Shown: positions 51,407 through 62,692 of the stretch, piece after piece
Position numbering within the stretch: position 1 is the first letter of the stretch
Layout of the letters: the number at the start of each line of letters is the position of its first letter
Assembly (NCBI RefSeq): GCF_963921235.1
Contig: NC_086097.1
Span: 162,008,001 to 162,072,000, forward strand
Origin: Mobula hypostoma
Taxonomy: Eukaryota
Length of the DNA: 64,000 bases
Reading direction: 5' to 3'
Made by a program: the position numbers and the translations under genes
The notes under the pieces: model-generated
Seen by the model: the letters and a program-made list of their open reading frames with translations, nothing else
Databases searched by the model: none
Told to the model about the DNA's origin: nothing

Positions 51407-53078
51407 GTATGATTTTGTTTAAATTTAAAATCATGATGAATCCAAATTTTCTAACAATATTAATGTGTGTTTTAGAAATTGTTCTTGATTTTAATTTCTG
51501 GTGTAATGGAAATATACAGACCCACCGTGCTATACTCTGACAGTGTGTACTTAAACCTTTAACATTTTCAAGAACTTTAAGTTAAAATTTTACAATTTTT
51601 ATGTTATCTCAATCCTGCTTGTAAATCAATGTCTTTCAAGTGCTCTAATTTCCATGATAATTTACCAAAAATGTAAAGTGTTATTTCTTCTTCTTTTTCC
51701 TTGCCTGATATTTGAGGGGCTGGGCAAGGCAATACTTTTTGTGTCAACTCCTGATGGTTGTGGTTTGTCTCAAGCTTTTGTGGATGTGTCACAGATCAAT
51801 GTAGCACAGACTTGAGCCATTTTGTCTTATCAAATCCATGCTGCTCCTTGTAGAATATTTCCCTGTCACTCTGTCTATCCAACTATTTCCTTTTTGTTGA
51901 CCCCTTACTCTTGCATAAGTATTCATAGACCATAATAAAAAATGCTGTCTTTAACCCGTAGCCTTCTGACATGTTCGGCATAGCTTTGTGGGCCAAAGGG
52001 CCTGTATTGTGCTGTATGTTTTCTACGTTTCTATAAATTTGGAAAAATGCTGGGGCAATCATTCATTGTCCACTGAGCAAGAAGTCCAATGTGTAGTCAG
52101 TGTTATTCTGTAACATGTCAGGAGCTTTCTCAGAAACACAATTTTTGTGGTTCTAGCATGCTGTGCCATCTGAAGTTAGGCTTTTATCATACCATTGAGT
52201 TCAATAAATGGGGTTTTGTTTTAAAATGTAATCATGACTATCATGGATTGCAGATTTGATGCATGTTGCTAGGATCTTGAATTGTTGATGATGGAGAAAG
52301 TGATTAATCCTTTAGATTAATTTGGGTATGGTAGCAATACAGGGGTAAAAGGGAGAGGATTTGAGCCTGTGCCTTTAGTTGCAGATGATGGACGCAGGAT
52401 TGGACCCCTTATTGGCCAAGAAACTGTGATGATACAGTAGGTTTCAAGAAGTGGCATAAATTGTCAAAGATCAAGGTCTTTGAGATCATTAAGAGAATGG
52501 CAGATGATAGCCTGAACCTTGGGACTCATCAGTGACAGTTGCAAGTTCTAGGTCAAAGAATGCAAATTGATTTGGAGGTAGAAACTGGTCCATCATTAAA
52601 TTGGAAGATCTGATTGTCCCAGGAGTTAACTAATGATGATCTCCAGGATAATCAGACCTTATTGAATGCAGAATAATATTATGCCTTTTGTACTTTAAAT
52701 CAAAATCACTCTGGAGTGCAAGAGTGATGCATGCTGGGAAATGGTCATTTAATATTTTGGAGTAACATGTAATAATTTGGAAATGTCATTTCTACATTTT
52801 AATACGTGGGTAAAAGTGTTTTTCAGTTGCAAAACACTGAAATACAAAACATCTTTTGATGAATTTCTGGATGTGATTCTTTCACAGCCAATAATCATTT
52901 GGCACAAAGCCCAAATGTAAAACTGGTACTGCAAATACATTATGAGGAATTTGAGGAAATATCAGCAAAAAAGATTATGACATAAACACATTGTGCTGCA
53001 CAGATAGAAAATTTGCTCTGCCTCTGTTTTTTGAATGTGGAAGGCAAGATTTCATTCATTTGTTCAGCATTTTATGGG

Positions 53079-54325
53079 TGATCTTGAACAGGATTCGCAC
53101 CGCCACTGACCCTAAGCTAAGATTCAATCAGAATGGTCTTCGGCAGAAGCGCAGACAGTAATGCAAATATTTGCTCTCCATAGAATCATCGAGGAAGTCA
53201 AGAAGAACAACCTACCAGCCATGCTTACTTTCATCGATTTTTGCAAAGCTTTTGACTCCCTTCATCAAGGTAAAATGCTGAAGATCCTGAAAGCTTATGG
53301 AGTACCAGACCGTCTACTGAGAGCAATAGAGTCCAGCTATACCAAAACCATGGCAAAAGTTGTATCACCAGATGGAGAAACAGCAGAGTTCAAGCTCCTA
53401 GCTGGTGTGCTGCAAGGGGACACTCTGGCGCCCTACGTCTTTATAATCGTCCTTGATTATGCTCTACATCAAGCTGCCAAAGATCATGACAAGCTTGGTT
53501 TTACCATAAAACCAGGACGAACCAAAAGGGTCAGACCAGTTACGTTCACAGATATTGATTTTGCAGGTGACATAGTCCTGTTCTCTGACCAGATGGAGGA
53601 AGCACAGCAGCTACTGACAAAAGTGGAAATTGAGTGCAATAAAGTTGGACTTCACCTAAACGCTAAAAAGACAGAGTACATGGCACTTAACTGCGATGAA
53701 GGTACTCTCAAGACCATAAAGAATGATACCGTTAAGAAAGTCTTTGACTTCAAGTACCTTGGGTCAAGGATGATGAGTTCGGAGAAGGACATAAAGATAC
53801 AGAAGGCGCTGGCGTGGAGGGCTATGAACGACATGAAGGAAATCTGGAAGTTGAACCTGACCAGAGGGCTTAAAAAGAGGATCTTCATAGCAGTCATAGA
53901 GTCCATTCTTATGTACGGATGCGAGATGTGGACACTCACCAAGACTATATGAAAGTCTCTGGATGGTTGCTATACATGAATGCTCCGGATAGCTCTTGAC
54001 ATGAGTTGGCAACAGCACATGACAAACATCGAGCTCTATGATGACCTACCGATGCTCACCACTAAGATCGAGGCGAGAAGACTGCAACTAGCGGGGCACT
54101 GTAAACGCCACCCCAAGCTACCTGCCAGCCTAGTCATCATATGGGATTCCAAGCATGAGAGGATGAACCTTGGGCACCCTCCCAAGACTATGATCAACAT
54201 GCTCCTAGAAGACAGCGGCGCAGTTAATGTAGATGAACTGAACACTCTGAGGGAGAGGGAGAAGTGGAGGGTCTGTCATCATGCCCAACGCCGGCCCCCT
54301 AGGCTTGAGTTGATGTAGTAGTAGT
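53079..54325 (+). mobile_element. RTE-clade LINE, 5'-truncated
   Basis: ORF 53161-53952: FIDFCKAFDS, GVLQGDTLAPYVF, DIDFAGD (decayed FADD), FKYLGS, LMYGCEMW; (TAG)n tail at ~54315-54326. Confidence 0.88.
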
Positions 54326-54417
54326 ACTTGGGGTGGGTTGTTGCATTCTTAGAAAATGTAATGCAAGAACCCACCCCCAGAATGCCTGCAGAAATAAATT
54401 AAATATTGCCTGCCACA

Positions 54418-54641
54418 AACAAGAGAAAATCTGCAGATGCTGGAAATCCAAGCAACACACACAAAATGCTGGAAGAACTCAACAGCCCAGGCAGCATCTA
54501 TGGAAAGATTACAGTCAACGTTTCGGGCCAAGACCCTTCACCAGGATTTGATGAAGGGTCTTGGTCCAAAGCATTGACTGTACTGTTTTCCATAGATCAT
54601 GGCTGGCCCGAGTTCCTCGGCATTTTTGTGCGTGTTGCTTG
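54418..54641. mobile_element. Mini-palindromic Penelope-like insertion (two termini fused at their hammerheads)
   Basis: Duplication AAATATTGCCT (54401-54411 / 54642-54652); arms invert around ~54545. Confidence 0.85.
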
Positions 54642-54829
54642 AAATATTGCCTTCCTCATTTAAAACTGCAGTTCTATTATGAAAAGTTGCATCATTTCTG
54701 CATGCATCAAGAACTCTGAATTGAAAAGAATACATTTTATTTACAGTTTCAGTTTTCTTCATATTTTTGTGAGAGTGGTTTTAGTTCCGTATCTTGAGTC
54801 TTTGTCCAGTGATTTGTGAATTCTGAATC

Positions 54830-55226
54830 CTTCCCTCTTCCTCAATTCCCCATTCTGGCTCTCACCTCTTCTCCATACCTGCTTACAACCTTCTCCTGGT
54901 ACCCCGCCTCCTTCCCTTTCTCCTATGGTCCTCTCTCCTCTCTGATGAAAGTTGTTCTCCAGTTCTTTGCTTTTTTACCTATCACCTCCCAGCTTCTTAC
55001 TTTATCCCCCTCTCCCATCTGCCTGGCTTTACCTATCACCTTCTAGCTTGTCCTCCTGCCTGTCCATCCATCTTCTTACTCTTCCTTTCCAGTCCTGATG
55101 AAGGGTCTCTGCCTGAAATGTTGAGTGATTATTAATTTCCATAGATGCTGCTTGACCTGCTGAGTTCCTTTAGCACTTTGTGTTTGTTTCTCTGGATTTC
55201 CAGCATCTGCAGAATCTCTTATGTTT
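54830..55226 (+). mobile_element. Older Penelope-like terminal repeat with hammerhead motif (55091-55126)
   Basis: AGTC-CTGATGA-AGGGTCTCTGCCT-GAAA-TGTT-GAGT and terminus CAGCATCTGCAGAATCTCTTATGTTT. Confidence 0.78.
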
Positions 55227-55242
55227 AAAACTTGATATGTGT

Positions 55243-55920
55243 ATCAAAGTTTCAAAGTGCATTTATTATCAAAGAATGTATACATTATACAACCTTGAGA
55301 TTTGTTGCTTACAGGCATGAACAAAGCAAGGAACCCAAAAGAACCCAATTAAACAAATAAGACCAACCCTGCCCCCCCATCCCCCAGTTACCCAGGGAGA
55401 ATGAAAAAAAAGCACACCAAACAAATCACATAAGCAATAGAAGCGAGTAACAACAAGGGCATTCCGAACCAAATTGAGTCCTTAGATCCAAATCCCCAGA
55501 GCAGCCCAGAGTAGGCCCAAAGCCTCAGTATTCAGTTCATCATATTAGTGGAGCATATCGCCACAAAGTTCGCAGACACAAAGCACAGCAGCCGGGGGCA
55601 GTCTTACAGCCTTAGCGTAACAGAGAGAGAAGGCTGCAGTCTAAATGGGCTGGTGTGTAAATTGTGCGAGCCTCACGCTAGGACCCAGGACCTGCTGCCG
55701 ATGAATCGCTCTGGACCAAGATTTTGCTGCCGAAGGAGCCATTCTCGACATCTCCAAATCGGTTCGGCTCCCAGAGCGATCCAACTTCATCCGACTCTTG
55801 ACACATTGCCTTTCCAGTTAGATTGACCAAACAGCAGATTGTACCTCACATTAGGACCCAGGCCTGTCATGGCGAGTCATTCCAGGCCTTGAACAAGCTG
55901 CTTATCGATTCATTTCAGAC
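55243..55920 (-). repeat. Non-coding retroposon-like repeat with TTTGAA-type tail
   Basis: AAAGTTTCAAAGTGCATTTATT end, similar to the left end of 56761-57603; right boundary approximate. Confidence 0.45.
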
Positions 55921-56760
55921 CTGGATTTTAGCATTATTGCAGTTACTGTGTATTTTTAATATCGTGTTTAAAAATGCATAGCTCTGTTCTTCCTTTCAAT
56001 AAAAAGCAAAGTGCTACAAATACTCAACAGACTTGTAGAGAGAAAAACAATGAAAATTTCAAGTTCAAGTTTAATTACGAGTTCAACCCCATAGAAGCCG
56101 CTGCACCCAAGTGCGCAGCTATCTGGTTGATGACTACCTGATTTTATGTTTTTGTATTTTGTTCATCAAAAATTACTTTTTAAACAAAACAATTGCAGAA
56201 TCAGTCAATTTTCAGATTTCTTAATCGCCTTGATGCCTGTCATATCAATATCTTTCAGTTTCCCTGTTCAAAATAATAAATTATATAGAAGGCATTACAC
56301 AAAAAGTAGATCAAGAACATCTGAGACAAGTACCATAACAGTTTCTTCCTAGGATCTGATTGTATGACCATTACAGAGTTTCAGTTCACACTTCCTATCC
56401 TATTTCTGTAGCCTTTAATTTAACTAATATTCAAAATTTGTTGATTTCAATTTTGAATATATTCAGCAATTATGGATCATCATCCTTACTTATCATGACT
56501 ACACAAACTAAAGAAGTTCCTTGTTGTCTCAGTCTTAAATGTTCTGAGAAATATGTCCTGAGTTCTTGACTCTTCGTTATTATTATTTCACTTTTAATAA
56601 AACTTAATTCTCCATAACTTGTGTATTCACTTGTGAATGTAAATGTGCATTATTTCTCTACTATCTTATTGCTTTCTTATTCAGTGTTTTAGTTTATCCT
56701 GTTTTAGTCTCTAAATTTACATTTCTATTTATAGTTCCCAAACTGCCTCAGCTGACCCAC

Positions 56761-57603
56761 TTCAAAGTTCAAAGTACATTTAATATCAGAGAGAACGTAT
56801 CCAGTACACAACCTGAAATTTGTCCCCTTCAGACATCCATGAAACAAACTACATAAAACAATAGAACATCAAAGACCCCCTACCCCTTCCCTTCGTACAA
56901 GCACCAGCAAAAAGCATCGACCCACGCCCACAGAAGCACCCTCCCCTCAACCATACAAGCAACAGCAGAAGCATCAAAGAGTCCATTGATCAAGAGCACA
57001 TTATACTGCAGTCCACAAAGCCAACACCTCGATATCTCAGACAGGCTCTCTCTCTCTAGTGAGGGAAAGAAAGATCACTCCTGCAACAATGAGAATGGAA
57101 ACCAGCAACTTGATGTTCCGATGTTATAATCTTCCTTGTTGCTTCACCAAGCCCCTTCTTCCGCCCCCCCCCCCCCCCCCGGTGGACCAACAGGCTCTCA
57201 TTCTTCATCAAATTGGGGGGGGTCACTCGGGCACGGGGGCCTTACTCCGACAGCAACTAGTGATTAACAAACACGTCACCTATGGTCTCAGTGTTTAAGT
57301 CTCATATGATTTATCAGTCGGTGAAATCAGCAAGGAACCGGGTTGCCCACTGGGCTGCTCCCTGACTTCTGACCTCCCAACCTCAAGGGCATACGTCTTC
57401 CAGACTGCTTCTTGAGATAGCCCTGCTAGGCTGCACAGTCGGACCGAAAACCCAGTGCTTGTGAAGAACCGTAGTTTGAACTGCAGATCACAGACTCCTA
57501 CAGGACCACAACCTTCTAGAAAAGAAAGACAGAAGAGAAATAAGCTGTTTTGTAATGAACGGAAGAAGTCAGCTGGGTCTGCAGGACCTGCTGGCGCCAT
57601 CTT
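56761..57603 (-). repeat. ~840-bp non-autonomous retroposon-like element
   Basis: Minus strand starts AAGATGGCGCC and ends with an ATTAAA signal and (TTTGAAC)n-like tail; no convincing ORF. Confidence 0.5.
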
Positions 57604-59122
57604 TCCTACCTTTCATACCTTTGTTTAATTTTAAACTGGTTTTGGACTTCACTACGTTCTCAACCAACTTCGTATGAAAACTACCGTATTATGTTCTTCC
57701 TTTCCTTGAGGATCGATTTTATAGAACCATTATTTAACACAATAATGTTATACATGACAAGACTATCCTCTAGTTTGGTATGTGACCTATTGCTCTTGAA
57801 AACTGAAATGTATTTTATAAGTTTATCCTCCCAATTAATTTCACTATTTGTCATGATTTTTCCAATTGATTGAAGGTTAAAATTTCCTGTGACAATTGCA
57901 AGCCCTTCCTTTCATGTTAAAGTATAATTTGACATTATCATTTCTGTTAGAGAGCTTCTCCATTGTTATGTGCATTTCATCTATGGCTGTTCCTACTTCA
58001 TCCTCCAATTTATCATACAGTTCAGTTTCTTATATCTTCCTGTATTATATAAGATGAGCGTCATTCATCTTTGTTTTCTAATCTGCACACTGTTTGCAAT
58101 TCTGAGGAATATTCAGATATCAAATTAACTATCTTGCAAGTGCGTTTCATTCTCCATCGAATGAGGGGGATTATTTCGTTATTCTTCAGTGATGCCATTA
58201 ATTCATTTGCCTTTATAAATTCATTTGAGTATTGTTTGTCCAATGGAAGAGTTGCTATCTGTTGCATTAGCAAAATATTCATACTTTTCCTGAGCAACCA
58301 CATTTCATTTAATTGACTGTGATAAGAATTTATACCTCTTGTTAACTTGGATGGGAGTTGGGGAGGAATGAGAAATGGGGAGAGAAAAGCACAAGAGGTT
58401 GAACCTGAGGAACAAATTTCTAATTCTTCAAAGTGAAATTTTAAATCTTCCTACTGATGGTACAGGAATAGGCTGCTGTTTCGTGGGTCAAAATGAAAAT
58501 TGAAGTAAAACCAGAAAATCTTGGAAATATTCAGCAGATCTGGCAGCATTGTGGGTCAATGAGATAGAATGGCAGGCAATTGAGAATACATAGCCAAAAT
58601 GGTAATGATGCAAGGCAAAAGAGCATGGCATTGGGACACATGATTTATTGACATTCTTTTCTTAGTGCCTCTATATTTGAAATTCATACGCAATAGTGAC
58701 AGTCCCAAACTTGTTTGTCTCCTTTCGTTCATCATTTTCCAACTCAGAATATCTATGGTATGAATTGCAATTCTTATCATTCAGTTAGTGAGGAATGATT
58801 TTGAGAGTAGTGTGTTTATTTATTTATATTTTTTATTTAATTCTGTTTAACTCATTTATTCAATTGTACAAAGATATTCTGGCATGTTTTCAATTTTTAA
58901 AAATTTCTTAATATATTTTCTGAATGTATTTGAATGTTTGTACTTTTGTATAGGTTTAACAGCCTGAGTGTGCCTTAGCTGGCTGTCAAAATGTTTTTCT
59001 GTTTCAAGGGCAGGCCTTTTTCTTATGCAAGACCCTGTCTCTACACAATTTGAATATTAGACAGGTCTTTCAGTGCAAGTTGACAATAAAGATTCAGCAA
59101 AGCATACGTTTCTTCTTGCCAC

Positions 59123-60617
59123 ATGAATCAGAATCAAGTTTAATGTCACTGGCATATGTTGTGAAATTTTTTTTAACTTTACAACAGCAGTACAATAAAA
59201 TACATGATAAACATAGAGGAAAAAACTGAATTACAATAAGTATATATATGTCTGTTAAATAGTTAAGTTGAAATAAGTAGTGCAAAGACAAAAACCAATA
59301 TAAAAGCAACACACATCAAAGTCACTGGTGAACGCAGCAGGCCAGGCAGCATCTCTAGGAAGAGGTACAGTCAACGTTTCGAGCCAAGACCCTGCGTCAG
59401 GACTAACTGAAAGAAGAGATAATAAGAGATTTGAAAGTGGGAGGGGGAGGGGGAGATCCAAAATGATAGGAGAAGACAGGAGGGGGAGGGATGGAGCCAA
59501 GAGCTGGACAGGTGATTGACAAAAAGGATATGAGAGGATCATGGGACAGGATGACTAGGGAGAAAGAAAGGGGGAGGGGTGAAGCCCAGAGGATGAGCAA
59601 GGAGTATAGAGAGAGGGACAGAGGGAGTAAAAGGAGAGAGAGAAAAAGAATGTGTGTATATAAATAAATAACGGATGGGATACGAGGGGGAGGTGGGGCA
59701 TTAACGGAAGTTAGAGAAGTCAATGTTCATGCCATCAGGTTGGAGGCTACCCAGACGGAATATAAGCTGTTGTTCTTCCAACCTGAGTGTGGCTTCATCT
59801 TTACAGTAGAGGAGGCCGTGGATACTTCATCTCTACTGTCAAGATGAAGTTCCCTCTCTCTATACTCCTTGCCCATCATCTGGGCTTCACCCCCTCCCTC
59901 TTTCTTTCTCCCTAGGCCTCCCATCCCATGATCCTCTCATATCCCTTTTGCCAATCAACTGTCCAGCTCTTGGCTCCATTCCTCCCCCTCCTGTCTTCTC
60001 CTATCATTTCGGATCTCCCCCCTCCCCCTCCCACTTTCAAATTTCTTACTAGCTCTTCTTTCAGTTAGTACTGACGAAGGGTCTAGGCCCAAAACGTCGA
60101 CTGTACCTCTTCCTAGAGATGCTGCCTGGCCTGCTGCATTCACCAGCAACTTTGATGTGTGTTGCTTGAAATTCCAACATCTGCCGATTTCCTCATGTTT
60201 GCGTTTTTAAATATAAAAGTAGTGAGGTCGTGTTCATGGATACGATGTCCATTTAGAAATCTGATGGCAGAGAGAAGAGGCTGTTCCTGAATCGCTGAGT
60301 GTGTGCCTTCAGGCTTCTGTACCTCTTTCGGAGTGGTAACAATGAAAAGAGTGCATATCCTGGGTGGTGGGGGTCCTTAATGATGGACACCACCTTCCTA
60401 AGGCACTGCTCATTGAAGATGTCTTGGATACTATGGTGGCTAATACCCATGATGGAGCTGACTAATCTTACAAGTTTCTGCAACTCACTTCAGGCTTCTG
60501 TAGTAGCCCCTCCATACCAGATGGTGATGCAGCAGTCAGAATGCTCTCCATGGTACATTTGTAGAAGTTTTTGATTGCTTTAGTTGACAGACCAAATCTC
60601 CTCAAACTGGTAATGAA
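59123..60617 (-). mobile_element. Rex1/Babar LINE 3' end, split by a Penelope-like insertion
   Basis: GAATCAGAATCA tail at ~59125; ORF 60253-60483 similar to ORF 17807-18016. Confidence 0.82.
59307..60209. mobile_element. Penelope-like insertion with inverted arms
   Basis: 10-bp TSD AATATAAAAG (59297-59306 / 60210-60219); hammerhead motifs at 59369-59404 (-) and 60067-60102 (+). Confidence 0.9.
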
Positions 60618-61220
60618 ATCAGTGATGAATTCTTACCCAAGTAGTGGATTAGGAAGCGGTATGAATTTGAAGAGCAGAATGCTTGAATGGAATTGTTAAA
60701 TTCAAATGTTAAGTCTGTTGGACTGCAATGTGCCACTTTTTTTTAAAGGGGATTTATTAATCCTGAGCTTTATGGGGTTTATGGGAGGGGGGAAACGGAA
60801 CTGAAGTGAGAGATCAAAATCAGAAAGAGGCAAGAAATTAAATTGTCAGATTAATGTTTATTACATACTTAAGTATCTAAGTAATGGAAAGTTATCACTG
60901 AAATAAAAATTGTTCGGGCTGCTTAAACTGGAATAAACTGTTGAGAAAGTGATTTTCCATTTCTTTAAAAATATTTTTTTGGCTTAACACAGAATGCCTT
61001 TATATATTGCTCTTGCAGGCACGTTGAACCTCACGGATTATTGGAGCTTTTTCAGGACATTTTGTATGATTATGTGTGACTTTCTTAACCACACTTCTGA
61101 CTGACAGTTACAAATTTACAGACTTATAAATTGGAATTTTGAGCACAAAATTAGGTTATTTTTAAAGGAGACAAGGTTTCTAAATTTGTTGTTAATGCAA
61201 CAAAAGATAAGACAATGAAT

Positions 61221-62692
61221 AGAAACATACACAAAATGCTGGTGGAACGCAGCAGGCCAGGCAGCATCTATGGGAAGAAGTACAGTCAACGTTTCAGGCC
61301 GAGACCCTTTGTCAGGACTAACTGAAAGAAGAGATAGTAAGAGATTTGAAAGTGGGGGGGGGGGGGATATCCAAAATCACAAGAGAAGACAGGAGGGGGA
61401 GGGAAGAAGCTAAGAGCTGGAAAGTTGATTAGCAAAAGGGATGCAGAGTTGGAGAAGGGGGAGGATCATGGGACAGGAGGCTCAGGGAGAAAGATAGGGG
61501 GAGGGGAGCCCAGAGGAAGATGGAGAGCAGGCAAGGAGTGATTGTGAGAGGGACAGAGAGAGAAGAGAAAGAAGGGGGGGTAAATAAAAATAAATAAGGG
61601 ATGGGGTAAGAAGGGGAGGAGGAGCATTAATGGAAGTTAGAGAAATCAATGTTCATGCCATCACGTTGGAAGCTACCCAGATGGAATATAAGGTGTTGTT
61701 CCTCCAACCTGAGTGTGCCTTCATCTTGACAGTAGAGGAGGCCGTGGATAGACATATCAGAATAGGAATGGGACATGGAATTAAAATGTGTGGCCACAGG
61801 GTGATCCTGCTTTCTCTGGCGGACAGAGTGTAGGTGTTCAGCGAAATGGTCTCCCAGTCTGCGTCAGTTCTCACCAATATATAGAAGGCCACACCGGGAG
61901 CACCGAACATGGTATATCACCCCAGCCGACTCACAGGTGAAGTGTCGCCTCACCTGGAAGGACTGTCTGGGGTCCTGAATGGTGGTGAGGGAGGAATTGT
62001 AAGGGCAGGTGTAGCACTTGTTCCACTTACAAGGATAAGTGCCTGGAGGGAGATCGGTGGGAAGGGATGAGGGGGGGAACGAATGGACAAGGGAGTCGCG
62101 TAGGAAGTGATCCCTGCGGAAAGCAGAAAGAAGGCGGAGGGAAAGATGTATTTGGTGGTGGAATCCTGTTTTTTAAAGAAAGAGGCTTCCCTTCCTCCAC
62201 CATCAACTCTGCTCTCAAACGCATCTCTCCTATTTCACGCACATCTGCTCTCACACCATCCTCCCGCCACCCCAGTGGGGATAGGGTTTCCCTTGTCCTC
62301 ACCTACCAGCCCACCAGCCTCTGGGTCCAACATATAATTCTCCGTTACTTCCGCCACCTCCAACGGGATCCCACCACCAAGCACATCTTTCCCTTCCCCC
62401 GCTTTCTCCTTAGGCCTCCTGATCCATGATCCTCTCATATCCTTTTTGCCAGTCAACTTTTCAGCTCTTAGCTTCATCCCTCCCCCTCCTGTCTTCTCCT
62501 ACCATTTCAGATCTCCCCCTCCCACTTTCAAATCTCTTACTATCTCTTCTTTCAGTTAGTCCTGATGAAGGGTCTCGGCCCAAAACGTCGACTGTACTTC
62601 TTCCTATAGATGCTGCCTGGCCTGCCGTGTTCCACCAGCATTTTGTGTATGTTACTTGAATTTCCAGCATCTGCAGGTTTTCTCGTGTTTGC
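61221..62692. mobile_element. Penelope-like insertion with inverted arms and GIY-YIG remnant
   Basis: 14-bp TSD ATAAGACAATGAAT (61207-61220 / 62693-62706); inversion point ~62166; hammerhead motifs at 61284-61319 (-) and 62558-62593 (+). Confidence 0.9.

Noticed and set aside
53161..53952. 263-aa RT ORF as an active element
   Set aside because: 5'-truncated, catalytic FADD decayed to FAGD, and the frame is broken downstream.
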